Part shown: piece after piece, positions 14,690 through 28,757 of the stretch
Layout: every line of letters starts with the position of its first letter
Numbering within the stretch: the first letter of the stretch is position 1
Source: the human T2T-CHM13v2.0 reference genome, Homo sapiens
NCBI RefSeq assembly: GCF_009914755.1
Contig: NC_060946.1
Direction: 5' to 3' (one strand)
DNA length: 64,000 nt
The notes under the pieces: generated by a model
Seen by the model: only the letters and a program-made list of their open reading frames with translations
The model's database searches: none
What the model was told of the DNA's origin: nothing
Position numbers and translations under genes: made by a program

Positions 14690-16240
14690 CAATGTTGATT
14701 GATACATTATTGATGAGTTTTTGTCCATGTTCATGGTGGACATAGGTCTATAACTTTCTTTTCTTGTCATGACTTTGGCTTTGGTATTGGAGTAATGCAG
14801 GCCTCAAAGAGTAAGTAGAAAAATGTTTCCCCTGCTGTATAATCTGAAGAAGTTCTTGTAGGATTGGTATCATTTCTTAATTAAAAATTTGATAGAAATT
14901 TACTATTTAAAACTGGGTGAGCTTTTCTTAGCAGGAAGACTTTTAATTGCCAATTCAATACCTTCAAATACCATAGATCTATTTGGATTTTCCATTTCTT
15001 CCTGAGTCAGTTTTGATCATTTATGTCTTTTAAGGAATTTTTCCACTTAAGTCATTTATACTTTTGGCATTAATTGCTTGTAATAATTTCCCTAACCATT
15101 TTAACTTTTGTAAGGTTGGTAGTCATGGCACTCTTTTATCATGGTTTTAGTACTTTGTGTCCTCTTTCATGTTTTCCTAGTCAGTCTACCTAAAAGTAAA
15201 ATCAATAGGTTGTATTTATCTTTTTGAAGAGCCAAGTTTTGTTTTTTAGAGGTTGTCTATTGTTTTTTTTTGCTATTTCATTAATATTTGGCTCTGATCT
15301 TTCTTATTAACTTTTCTTTTTTTGCTTTGAATTTAAATGCTCACCTTTAGCCTAAATTTATGAGGTACAAGCTTAGATAATTCATTTTAGATCTTTCTTC
15401 TTTCCAACATTAAGCATTAAATGCAATAGATTTCCTTCAAAGCACTGATTTAAGCTGTATTTCTTAAGTTTTGATATGTTGTCTTTTTGTGTTTTAAAGG
15501 TTCAGTATCTTCTAATTTATGTTGTGTTTTTTCTTTAGCTCATGGATTACTTAGTTGTGTTCTTTCCTGCTCAAATAATTGAAGATTTCCCATAGTTCAT
15601 CAGGTATTAATCCAATTTAATTAATTATTTTGGCATTAAATAATACCTTCTATGATATTCATCCACTGAAATCCACTAAGATTTGACTTGTAACCTAGAA
15701 CACAGATTATTTCAAAATCATTTAAAAATGTGCTAAATGTATTTAAAAGCATAATGGGTATTCTGCTCTCATGTTTGAAAGTGTAATGGGTATTCTGCCA
15801 TTGTGGGTGTAGTTTTCTACAAATTCAATTAGGATAAATTGGCTATTTGGGAGGCCGAGGCGAGCAGGTCATCTGAGGTCAGGAGTTCAAGACCAGCCTG
15901 GCCAACATGGTGAAACCCCGTCTCTACTAAAAAATAATACAAAACTTAGCCAGGCGCGGTGGCAGGCACCTTAATCCCAGCTACTTGGGAGGCAGAGGCA
16001 GGAGAATCGTTTGAACCCAGGAGGCAGAGGTTGCAGTGAGCCTAGATAAAGCCATTGCACTCAAACCTGGGGGATAAGAGAGGGACTTCTCTCAAAAAAA
16101 AAAAAAAAAAAAAAAAAAGATAAATTGGCTGATCATTCAAGTCTGTATCTTGATTGAATTTCTGTATAGTTGTTGTGTGGATCAATGTCAGGGAGCTACT
16201 GGAATGATTTAACACTAATTTTAGAATTTCTGATTGATTT
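14690..16240 (-). mobile_element. Old L1 ORF2 fragment containing a 5'-truncated AluS (15846-16118, +)
   Basis: Paralogous to 4085-5160. The Alu is flanked by TSD GATAAATTGGCT. Confidence 0.7.
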
Positions 16241-16442
16241 TTTGAGAGAGGAAATTTTCATGGGTCTAAATACTTTATTCTTCTGACAAAAGGCCTTTTA
16301 TGATTTCCCAAGACTAATCTAGGAAGAAAAGGCAGAGTTCAAGCCACAGTTGGTGATACCATGGGAGCACTGAATGATCATGTGAGGTGCCTCCACTGGT
16401 TAGGTGTATGTAAATGAAGATTTTTTAAAAAACTAATTTGGA

Positions 16443-16746
<304 letters not shown>

Positions 16747-17029
16747 TTAAAAAATACAAAACAAATCTGGGCTAATATGTCCAGAAATTTTGAGAAAATG
16801 TATGTTGAATAAAGCATGAAAATGTAAAGCAAGGTGATTGCATATGTATAACATTGCTACCACAAGGCCAACCTCATGGGAAAGAAACAAAAACTGTTAG
16901 CAGTTCATTATGTTTACTTACACACTGAACAAACATGAATTGAAACCAATTCAATGAACTGTCCCAGATACTGTTTAGGTACTTGAGATGTATTGGTGAA
17001 CAAAAGAGACAAAAGTACCTGATCTCACA

Positions 17030-20000
17030 GTGGCATTATGAAAGATGATGGAGTAGGAAATTCCAGGAAATGGTCCTTTCTGTGAAATAACTACTGAAGG
17101 GTAAGAACCATCAGAATTAACCATAATAAAATGAGGAAATCTAGTCCCACATTCGCAGCATCGAGGCAAGTACTGATGAAGAAAGAAACAGGCATAAGAA
17201 AATCTCTGTCAGGTTAATTTTTGCCCATAGAAGTAACTGAACAGAAACTTTATGGATCACTCTGATAACAAAGTCCTTGCAAAATTATTTTGGAAGAGTC
17301 AACTACACAAACGAATAACTGCACCCTTGAGCAGCAACATCAGCCAAGAAGGAGTAGGGAGACAATCTGATTTTGAGAGTTACAACATCACACATTCAAA
17401 ATACACAGATTTCAACAAAAACTTAAAAAGCAGACAAAGTTAAAAGGAAGCATGACCCATTTACAGGAAAAAGTTTAATGAACTGAATGTACTCACAAGG
17501 AAGCAAAGGCATTGGACAAATGACACAAATACTTCAAATAACCATTTACATATGTTCAAAAATTCAAGAAAACCATGCGAGTAACAACCAAACAAAACTG
17601 GAAGAATAATGTTAGAACAAGTGAGGACTATCAATAAAGAAAAAGAAGTTATAATAAAAGAACCCAAGCAGATTTTCTAGAACTGAGAAGTTCAATAGCT
17701 AAAATCAAAATTTCATCAGATAAGTTCAGCAGCAGTTTGAGCAGGCAGAAAAATAATCAGTAAACTTAAAGATACATTGTTGTAATTACACAGAATGAGC
17801 ATAAATTTTAAAAGAATAAATAAAATGAGCAGAGCCTAAGAGATACATGGGACATCATCAAGCATATCAATATACGCATTGTGGGAGACTCAGAAGGAAG
17901 AGAAAAAAGAAAGTATAAAATACATGTAAAAATAATGGCTAGAAACTTCCAAAATTGATGAAAGATATGAATCTATACTTTCAAGGAGCTCAGTGGCCTT
18001 CATCAGGTTAACCTGACACAGACTCACAGTGAGGCACAATATGCTCAAACCATCGAAAACCAAATACAAAAGAAAAATATTGAAAGCAGCAAGAGAAAGA
18101 GACTCATCACAAACAGTAGATTCTCATGAAATTAACATTTGGTCTTTGATCAGAAACAAAACAGTCCAAAAGGCAGCACAATAATCTATAAAGTGATTTA
18201 TAAAAATATATTATCTACCAATTCTGCATTTAGTCAAACAAATCTTCTAAAATAAAAAATAAAATAAGATAATCATAGATAAGCAAAGTTTAGTAGACCT
18301 GGTAGATCTGCCCTACCAGAAACACTACAGGAAGTCCTTAAGTCTGAGAAAAGACACTACATAATTTGAATACATGTGAAGAATTAAAGATCTCTTTTAA
18401 ATATAAAGCTAGTGCTGTTGTATTGTTGGTATGGAGCTGCTGTGTTTTCCATGTTATTTATGAGATATATGGAAAAAAATCAATAATTATAAAGCCATGT
18501 ACATAGGCACAAAATGTTTAAAGATGTTATTTGTGACATTAACAAGGTCTAAAAGGAGAGGAAATGGAACTGGATAGGAACAGAATTAATGGATATTATT
18601 GAGACTAAGTTCGTAGCAATTCTAACAATTTTAAAACATTAATCGTTACTCCAATGATAACTAGTAAAAACTAAATTGAGTGTATAAGGGAAAGAAAATG
18701 AAGAAGGAATCAAAATGGACCCAGAAAAAAATTAATAGAACACATGGGAAACAATTATTGGGGTAATTTAGGAACAACAACAACAAAAGATAAAAGATAT
18801 GTAGAAAACAAACAGCAAAATGACAGACTTTCTTTGTTATCAGTGATTACTTTAAATATAAATGGATTAGATTCACCACTTGAAGCAAAATAACAAAATG
18901 AAATTTTTAAAAGTAAAAAAAAAAAATAGAATCCATGATCTATCTACATGGTGTTTATGGAGAACCAATTTAGACCCAAAGACACAAATAGGTTGAGTAA
19001 ATAGTAACAAAAGAACTGGTGTGGCTGTCGTGACATGATGCAATATTGACGTTAAGTGAATTATAGTTGTAAGTGAGAAAAAAGGGTATTCCTTATTGAT
19101 AAAATGGTCAATTAATCAAGAAGATATAATAGTTATACACACGTATGCACCAAGCAATAGCACTTCAAAATATGTGAAGGAAGACACATTTAAAATAAAA
19201 GCTAGAGAGATCTATAATATAAATTGGAGACTTCAGTACCCCACTTTAAAAAAGAATAGAACATATGAACAAAAGATTAATAGAAAATGCAGCTATTGAA
19301 CACTATAATCCAGCTAGACCTAACAGATATATACAAAATACTGCACAAAACAAAAGCAGAATACACATCTACTCAAGAGCACATGGAACATTCTCCAGAA
19401 TGGACGCTATTTTAGGCCTTAAAACAATTCTCAACAGTTTTTTAAAACTTGAAGTCATACAGGGAGTCGTCTAAAACCACCAGGAAACGAAGTTTGGGTA
19501 GGGGAGGAACAATATTTCCTTCTACTCAACTTAGATTTATTGGCCAGCAGTCCCTATCACACAAGACAGATTAAAAAATAAACTCATGCACATTTATTAA
19601 ATATAATTTTTACTTGGCATGGGAGCTTTAATAAGGAAATGAAAACTCAGAGAAATGGCTGAACCTGAGGACTTTACATTTAGGTATGATGAGGAGAATA
19701 CAGGTGTGGAGAAATATGACTAAGAATGAAGTAAATGCAGTAAATGGGGGAAAGAGCAAGGCCTGTGTTCATTCTTCTCAGCACACCTTCATTTTAGAGG
19801 AAACAATGCTCTCTTTTCCTCTTCTTTCTAATCAACAACTCAACTTTACAGCTCATGGAACAAGAAAGAGAAAAGCAAACTTAAACCAAAGTCCACAGAA
19901 GGAAAGAAATAAGAATCATTAGACCAGAGATTAAAGAAATAGATGAGAAAAAAAACTATAAAGAATATAAATGGCATAAAAAGTTCCTACTTGGATAAGA

Positions 20001-20885
20001 AGAAGAAAATTAACAAGCTGTTAGGCAAACCAACTAAAACCATAAGAGAGAAGACACAAATAACAAAAATAAGAAATTTGGGATAATACAACCAACGTTA
20101 TGGGAATTAAAATGATTATAAGAGAACACCATAAGCAACTGTATGTCAAATCTAGAAGAAATTGACAAATTCATAGAAAAATACAAATTACCAATCTAAC
20201 TGAAGAAGAAATAAAAAATCAGCATAAGAAATAGATTAAGTCAGCAATTGACAATTTCTCTAAAAAGAAAAGCCCAGAGCCAGATGTCCTCACTGGTAAT
20301 TCTACTAGAGATTTAAGGAGGAAGTAATACCAATCATACTCAATCTCTTCCAAAAATAGATGAGGAGGGAACACTGCCTAGCACATTCTAGAGGCCAGCA
20401 TTAGCCTCGTAGCAAAAACAAACAAGGATACTATAATACAGAAAACTATTGGCTAATACTCCTGAAGAATAAGCATCTAAAATTCCTAAATTAAATAAGA
20501 GAAAACCAAGTCTAACTACACATTAAAGAGAACACATGGAATGAAAAAGCGAGATTTATCCCAGAATTGCAAGGATGGTTCTACATAAGCAAATGAATCA
20601 ACGTAATAAACAATATCAATAGAGTGACAAGAAAAAGCATATGATCTCAGAAGATGCAGAAAAAGCATTTGACAAAGTTCATCCACTTTCAAGACAAAAA
20701 CACTTAGCAAACTAGGAACAGAAGGAAACCTGCACAAACTGATTAAAGAAGGGCCTTTATCAAAATCCACAGTGAATCTCACAGTAAATGGTGAAAGAGT
20801 GAAAGCCTCCCCACAAAGATCAGAAGCAAAACAAGGACTCCTGCTTTCACAGCTGCTATTCAACATTGTCCAAGAAGTCTTAAAT
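17030..20885 (+). mobile_element. Degenerate L1M (5'UTR/ORF1/ORF2 remnants)
   Basis: ORF2-like remnants such as 'SINQEDIIVIHTYAPSN' and 'YSRAHGTFSRMDAILG'; 'gatgcagaaaaagcatttgacaaag' (DAEKAFDK). Confidence 0.8.
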
Positions 20886-22935
20886 TTCATTAAAACAAAA
20901 AAGGCTAGTGCTACCTCCCACCACAAGCATGGATCAGCGTTAGGAAATTAAAATAATGGTAATAGAAAAATTATAATGACAGTGATGATGGTGATGGTTT
21001 TTTAAGTACACAACTGAGGTTTAGTGGCAGAAATCCGGTACTTCCAATTACAGTGCAGCTGTGCTTATTGGGGTGACGGAATCAATCTCGTTTTCAGTAT
21101 ACATGGGAAGCAGGAGTACATGTAGGGTACAACTGCATTTCTCTGGAACTGTTTTTCACAGAAGAGCTACAGTTTATCCTGCACTCTCCATTCTGTGATC
21201 AAAAACCATGAAACAGAGAAAAGCACTTCAACCTGAGACTCAGTCACAAGAACTGCACCTGCCCCACCTTCCCGCAACTATATATGCCACCTCTCTGTGC
21301 TGAACCATGAAGGCCAGAGGGGTTCACATGTGGCACAGACGGAGGCTGGACTCCCTGGTCCGCACCCTCCCAGGTGACGGGTGCTCTGGGATCACCTGGA
21401 GAAGGCAAGTGCCTGGGCTCTGTCTTTTCCACCAGCAGAGGGCAGCAGAGCTGCAGCCAGAAGAGAGGCTGGGGCTGCCCAGGAGGAGCCTATGAAGGAG
21501 GCCAGCCTTTGTGGGGGGTGGTCAACAGGTGTTCAAGGGATCAGTCCTCACTTTGGAAGTTTGGTATAGTCCCTCCTGTCACCTGGGGCTGCAGTGTTCA
21601 TATTCTGAGGGTCAGACACACAGCATCACCCAGGATACTGACAGGGGCCCAGGCACAGTGACGGCCTCAGCTGGGAAACACAACTGGAGGCACCTGGGCC
21701 CTGGTGTCAGCCTGGGCAGCTCCCATAGGGCTAGGATTTCCTAAGAGACGCTCCGAGGTCAAGGTGCTCTAGGAGGGGGAACAGTGTGAGGGGACAGGGC
21801 TCCCGGGGCTCAAGCCCTTCACCCAGGATGGCTGCCTGAGCCTCCTGCCATTCTAAGGGTCTCATTCCTCCGTGTCCAGCAGCATCCTGGGGAGCTGAGC
21901 CCTCTACACTTGGCACTTCCAGAGACACCCTACCACCCCCTCCCTCTCCCTCTCCTTCCAGCTCCAGGCCGACTCTGACTCAGAGGCAGCTCCTATGCTC
22001 AGGGGATTCTCAGGTGGGTGGCGTGGGACATTTGGGATCCTGGTCCCTGGATGGGGCATTCCCAGCCTCCTTGCGGAGATGCTCTCCAGAGGGAAGGGAA
22101 TGTTCACCTGCCTCAGGCCACAGCTCTGACCATGGGACTATCCTGGGCTCAGTGACAAGATCTGTCTGGCTGGAGGGACCAGGGATCCCCCACCCTCCAG
22201 AGCTCATGGGTGTTCAGAGACCATGACGCTGGAACCCTCACAGAGACCAAATAACCTAAAGTTAGTTTCTCAGTCAGGTCTGGGTTTCTGGTGCTTTTTA
22301 CACATTTATATGAAACACTGATGAGAAAAAATAAAGAATCAAAGAGCAGAGGATGGCAATTTCTAGTCTATTAGAGAGATGGGGGGTGTCATACAAGGAG
22401 CAACTCAGGTGAGAAACGAGACTAGACTGTGTAATGAATCCACATGAGTTGTGGCTGCTCAAAGGACCAAACCATGGTAATGGAAATCAAGTTTAGGATA
22501 TAAGTATCCTAAAGACACAGAACCACATTCTAATTAAACTACCAGGACAGGACCAAGTGAGTCTGGGAAACCCAGAGCTGACTTGGAGGAGGAGGAAGAT
22601 GATGGGTTCCTGGCCCACCTGCTGCTGAGTCAGGTGTCATTGATGATCTCTCAGCACGGCCCAGCTCAGCCCCATGGCCAGGCTCCTGGAAGGTCCACAG
22701 CCCTGCTGAGCCTGGCCTAGGACACAGCACAGGCCAGGATGGTATAAAACAGTGGTCATGTGGCCAAACTCCAGGAGGTGACTGTGATCACAGGCCTTCA
22801 AGGATGGAGTCTGATCTTCTGACCAGAGAAGCAGATAAAGTGAGCTGGGACCCACTTCTTCTTCCTCAGTCTGCTGTGCTTCCCACAGAGCTGGTTTGAG
22901 TGACATCCTTCAGTGAGGAGTCCCAGAGGATGCCG

Positions 22936-22943
22936 ATTTGCAT
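22936..22943 (+). promoter_or_regulatory. Ig octamer (IGLV3-6 promoter)
   Basis: ATTTGCAT about 100 nt upstream of the ATG; AATAAGA TATA-like element at 22977. Confidence 0.85.
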
Positions 22944-23043
22944 CAAACACTCACTGCCTCAAACGGCCTGAGAGGCAATAAGAGAGAGCTGGTGAGCCCA
23001 GCTGTGCTGTGGGCTCAGGAGGCAGAGCTCTGGGTGTCTCACC

Positions 23044-23569
23044 ATGGCCTGGATCCCTCTCCTGCTCCCCCTCCTCACTCTCTGCACAGGTGCTGCCCCC
23101 AAGCCCTTCCTTCAGGCTCAGAACCCATAGGATCCTGAGCTGGGCCTGCCCAAACATGAGTTCATCCCAGGCACAACCTCAGGGTGGGACCCCCTGGGAA
23201 CAGATTCATCATTTACAAGCCTCCTCTCCTGTCCTCTCTTGCAAGCTCCTATGAGCTTACACAGCCACCCTCAGTGTCAGTGTCACCAGGACAGGCAGCC
23301 ATGATCACCTGCTCTTGAGATAACCTCAAAGATGAGTATGTTTACTGGTTCTGGCAGAAGCCAGACCAGGCCCATACTGGTGATATATGAAGGCAGCAAG
23401 CGGCCCTCAGGAATTTCTGATTTTCTGAGTCCAGCTCAGGGAACATGGCCACCCTGACCATCAGCAGGGCTCAGACTGAGGACGAGGCTGACTATTACTG
23501 TCACAGGTACAATAGAAACAGTGATGAGCCCACAGTGACACAGGCAGATTAGGAAGTGAGACACAAACC
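23044..23569 (+). pseudogene. IGLV3-6: IGLV3 pseudogene
   Basis: Intact leader 23044-23089; most of L-part2 deleted; TGA at 23316-23318; FR2/FR3 indels. RSS intact: CACAGTG 23531-23537, 23 nt, ACACAAACC 23561-23569. Name from gene order. Confidence 0.85.
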
Positions 23570-23683
23570 CCTTCCCAATCTGTGTCACCCTCTTTCTCCA
23601 GCCCCAGGATGGCTGTGGACAAAGCCATGAGCAGGGCTGGTCCAGTTCACCCAGTTCTGTGACCCCCAGGCTGCTCTTCCCTC

Positions 23684-23990
23684 CAGCCCTCCAGGCAGGT
23701 TGTGAAGAGGGTGAGTTAAGAAGAGATTTGAGGCTGTGTGACAGGCTATCCTGGGGTTTTTCTGGCCAAGGATAAAGCTGGTGAAAGAGAGCCTGAATGG
23801 ACGGGCAGACAGAGTGGCCCACGCACGTAGTGGCAAAAGACCTGGGTTTCCACATGCCAGCCCTTCAGGCAGGCTCTGCAGAGAGTGGGTTAGGAGGAGA
23901 TTTGAGGCTGTGTGGACAGGCTGTTTTGGGGTTTTCTAACCCAGGATAAAGCTGGTGAAAGAGGGCCTGGATGAAAGGACACACAAAGCG
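23684..23990. repeat. Local tandem duplication, period about 175 bp
   Basis: 'cagccc..caggcagg...gagatttgaggctgtgtg...ggataaagctggtgaaagag' at ~23684-23815 and ~23858-23990. Confidence 0.85.
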
Positions 23991-24049
23991 TATCTTTCAT
24001 CTAGTGGTAAAGGATGTGAGTTCCATATGGTGAAGCCTGGGTCACCCCT

Positions 24050-26170
24050 TGGCCCAGACATCCTAGGTTAGTCCTCAGCATTTCCCTAGCACTTAAGTTC
24101 CTGAATCTCCTGGCAGCCTTATATTCAAAACGGTGTAAGCTGGAGTGAACGCTGTGGGGTCCACCTAGACTCCACGTTAAGGTCGACCCACACACTCTCA
24201 GAGCCTACGAGTGGATACCCATGCTGTGGGGCACATGTCACCTGACAGAGTGGCTGACCACCCCTGATCTCTTCTTTCTGACCACTTGGGTGTTTGGCAC
24301 TATGTCCATCATGGACACTCTATGGGCTATTAACCTATGATTCAAAGTTTCTTCTGTGTGGTGCCCGTGCCCAAAGACCACCCACAGGCTTCTGCCCATA
24401 CTCCACTTCCCCCATTTCCAAGTTTTTCTCTTGCAGTCCCTGGAACACCTGCCCAGGTCATTTCCCACTGCCCTAAGCCCCTATCTGCCCTGGCATCCGG
24501 CCACTCACCTTTCCTCACAAAATGAATGACCAGGCGCCATGCCCTCATGCAGGAAAGATGTCCCCTCTCCATTGTCTCTTAATGCCACCCCTTAGTACAC
24601 CCATATAGTGCAGCTGTGCTCTACTTCATGGTGATCCAGTTCATTGCTGGGCTACTCTGGAAATTTTTGCTCCATCAGCTGAGCAGAGGGACTGCTACCC
24701 ACACAACGTTAAGTGTAAACCCAGGGAGCAGTGCTTAGAGCAAGAGAGATGCAAACTTGGCTGTGGACCACCCACAGGTTACTCAGCTCTGGGGCCCTGC
24801 TCCTGCTCCATCCTAGCTGTGTCACATCTGTCTCACCAGGGATCGCTGCTGGGGTCTGCCTGAGCACACGACGGGGGAATCTGGCAGTTCTGGCTGCTTG
24901 GTCACTGAATGTCCGATGCTGTCCTGTATCTACCAGGGAACAAGAGCACATGGGGAGAGTTGTTTTCCAAATGAATATAATTCTCTCTTGTGGATGACAT
25001 GGAATTGTTCCAAATCCCATGGGATTGGAATCCCATTGGGAAAATCTCATGGGATTTTCCCATGAGAGATTGCGTAAACATGAGTTTTCAGTTCCTATCA
25101 TAAATTCTTCCATTCCTATCACCAATTCTGTGACTATGGTAGAGTCTGCTGGATTCTGTGGTCCCAACAGCAGGACACTCATACCCCTGCCTGAACCTGG
25201 TGCAGAACCTCCCTGCTCTGGGCTCCAAAACAGTGGGCGATGTTCATGGCTCCTGATATATGAGTTGGAGCCACATCCCCAAGGGTTAAATATGCTGCCT
25301 CTAGACACCAGAATGACCTTAAAGCTTTGTGTTTCTTTCTGGTGGGAATTGTAAGATCTAATAACGTGCTCTTTATTTTGTGAGAGATACTAAGCTGCTC
25401 CAGAGAACTCAATCCTAAACATTTCAGCTACTACACAGGATGAATGGTCTTAGGGCTTGTTTCGCACTCTCAGGAATGCGTGGGTCTCACCAAAGCTTCC
25501 AATAGACAGGGCCCCCTCATGCACATCTGATCCAAATACAGAATAGAGCCCTAGGAGGTTCTCCTGGGTGTTCAGATGGTCAAAGCCCCTATGACAATAT
25601 CATGAAAAAGAAGGGAGAGTTAATGAAGTTGAAAAAATAAAAGTATAAACCTATACTGCTGTCTACTCCTTGTATGCACACCGTTTCTGATCCTGTTCTG
25701 AGAGGAATAGAATGAGTTTCTGCATTGATGGTGCCTGCTGTGCACCTGTAGCCATGCATGGTGGTGTGTTCTATCAGGGTCTTCATCTGGCACAGCAATG
25801 GCAGATGGAACTACCAGCTGACTGCGTCTGTAGAAATCCACTTCCATCTTCCAGGATCCATTCAACAATTGTAGGAATCATTTCAGTAAACCAAACACAA
25901 GGGCCTCAACTATAACTACAAGTCCTCCAGGAGAGGAGAACGCTGTCTCAGAGGGTGCATTCCTACTGGAATTTCTCTTCTCTTTGGGACAAACCAGCCC
26001 AGAGGAGGCACAGGGGCTGTGTGTCATCTGGTTTCCTAGATGAGGTGTCTCCTCCTCACTGTCCTGAGATTTTGAAGAAACTGGGGAGATTGGTGCAGAC
26101 ACTCCTTGGATCCTTACAGGAAACTTCCTTCAGACCACACACTCCTCAATTTGTTCCCAAGCTCCAAAGT
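24050..26170 (-). mobile_element. Degenerate ERVL-like internal (pol) sequence
   Basis: Minus-strand translation fragments resemble ERVL pol RNaseH region (WK..K...GR.LW...AHR); heavily decayed. Confidence 0.4.
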
Positions 26171-28744
26171 TTCTAAAGTCACTGTCTAAAGGGCCCACAG
26201 TGTTTTTGTGGAGTGGTGGAAAAGCTCTGGGGATGGAAAGTGGTGGTGGTTGCAAAGCATTCTGAATGTACTTACTGTTGCTGAATGCACACTTACAAAT
26301 GATTGAAATGGTTTAAAAATTGTTCATTTTGCCATAATAAAAATACTGCACACTCTGGAGGAAAGTAAACCTAGTTTAATTTTGAAATTGTTCAATGGAT
26401 ACCAATCAAAGAATAGTGTAGCAAGCACCATTTCCCCTCTCGCTATAGCAGCAACTGATCCCCTTGTGCTCTTTTGGCCTCTCTCCCCTGCTCTCTCTCT
26501 CTCGATAATAAGCAATGCTCTTCTCTCCAGTCCAAGCTCACACTTCCCCAGTTGTGCAGGAATGCCTATTGTAACTGTTAATTTATTTCCAGGCAGAGTC
26601 CTCAAGATTCCTCTGCTCATATTCTGTTCTCAGCTGTCTGGAGCCAGCATGACAAGTGAGCCAAGATCACTTGTCATGAGAGACTTGTGGAAGGTTTTGC
26701 AAAAAGTTCCCCAAGAAAAAACAATGCTCATTGTTGACAGCAGGTCCATTTCCACACAGTAGGGCCATGCTGGGTGTGCAGTGGGGCTGTGCACACTGTG
26801 CCCACAGGCCAGGCTCTGCACTGCTGACTCTGATCCTGTGCTTGGTAGGACCTTGTGCACTGCTGAGTCCACTGCAGACTCGACCCTGAATGGGAAGGTG
26901 GTTCCTAGCTGCTGGGCACTGAGTCTCATAGAGGGACAGATGGTATTGAGGATGCCCGGCCCCTGATGTACATAAGGGGACAAGGTCTGCTGGTAGAACA
27001 GGAAGATGAAGGAACCTGTGGCTCTAAAGGTGGGGTCTCCAGCCCTCAGTCTCAGCTGCCCATGGCCTCATCTGTGTGCACCTTGTCAATCCAGACCATG
27101 TGAATTAGAGGTGAAGGGAATTGAAGGACTTTCCCATTTTCTCCCATTTTCTCTCTTGGTTACAGAACGCACCCTTCCACATATACTGTATTAGAGCCTG
27201 TGCTCTACAAACATACCTGACACTAAATTAGTGACTTTTGAAAGTGCAGATAGGTACAGCAACCAGTCCCTCTGGAGACATTTCCCATAACATGAACCAG
27301 TGAACCCATCTCTGAAAGCCCTCATGTTTTAAAAGACAAGATTTTTGAATTTCAAGGAAAACTAAACCTTTGAAAAAAACATGATTCAAAAGAGAACCTT
27401 GCCACTTTCCATTCCTGCTTGGGCTGCAGTGAGGACAGATGCAGCAAGTGCTTCTGATGTCTGTGTCTGTTCCCCTGTGTGGACGCACATATCCAGGCGA
27501 GTTTCAGTGAGGTAGGAGACTTCGGCAGCATTGGCCGGGCTCTGGTTTGCTTCTGGTGCTAACGGAACATGGAAGAGAGGACAAGGTAGCGTGTCCTGAA
27601 GATCACATATTTCCTTTTTGCAGGAAGTGCCTGGGCTCCTGGAGTGTTCTCAGGGCTTTGATCCAGGCCACCGGCTCCGCAATCAACATCACTGATATTT
27701 CAGCAGGTCATTGACCTAATTCCATTTTAGTGCTATCTCAAATGGAAACATTATTTTCTTGTAACTATTCATATAGCAACATAGCACTTAAATATCTAAA
27801 TAACACACACAGAAACAGTAGTCTCAAATGCAAAGCTGTCACCTCCCCACACCACACACTTTCTCACCCAAGCCCCTGAGCCCACCCTTCCCTCGGCCCC
27901 CCCCCTCCTGTGCTGTTAGAAATCTCTGTCTTCTAACAGGGACAGTGACACAAAACAGCCCCCCCTCCCGCCCAGCACTCACACCGCAGAGCCCCAGTCC
28001 ATCTCCTGAGGGAACGTTTACGTTTCTATTCTGACAGAGAGAAGTCGCCGTGAATGGAGTCTTTACCCCAAACCCAGGAGTTTCTGAGGAACACATGGGG
28101 TCAGCCACTGTCTGTGTGGGGAGGCTTCACCTCAGGGAGGTGCCCGGCTCTGGGCTGAGGGGGACTCAACGTGCACTAAAAGGCAGGACTAAGGCAAGTC
28201 CCGGGTCACAGTGTGAGGGACACACGCGCCCTGAGGAGGGGTCCCTGGTGCTAGGCCTGACCCAATTCTAACCCCAGGCACCTTTCCTCAGCTCCTCTGG
28301 CCCTGGGACACCTCCCTACCCTGCTTCCCATGAGGCTGGTCACAGCTCTTGTGAGCACCGCCTCCTCCATGTCACACTTTTTCTGTCAACATTTTGAGGA
28401 GCCAGTTGGTTTTCTCCTCATTCCATGTTCCTGTCCCACCTGCCTGCTGGGGGTGGATTTATTTCATGTATGAGGTTTCCTCAGCCTGAGCCACAGCTGC
28501 CTCAAGGACACCAACCCTGTGGGACACTCCTCTGGGAAAAGCAAACAAGTGCCAAGAGGAGCATCTGAAGCTCTGGTGTGGGAGATGTCCTCCACCCTGG
28601 GTCAGGGGAGTCTGGAGGGGATGAGAAGGGACCAGGGGCCTGGGATTGAGCTGTGAAGGGAACCAAAAGGCAGGAGGGACAGGGCAGGGGCTGTCAGCTA
28701 TGACTCAGGGGAGGTTCCTGGGCCTCAGGATCCTCCCTCTGAGG

Positions 28745-28757
28745 CCACCAGGGGGCG
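28745..28757 (+). promoter_or_regulatory. Candidate CTCF site
   Basis: CCACCAGGGGGCG, a consensus core motif. Confidence 0.6.

Noticed and set aside
27590-27720. Acceptor-like 'ttgcagg' plus a faintly FR3-like stretch (paralog near 6930-7060)
   Set aside because: Similarity is too weak, there is no RSS, and the acceptor is not conserved in the paralog.
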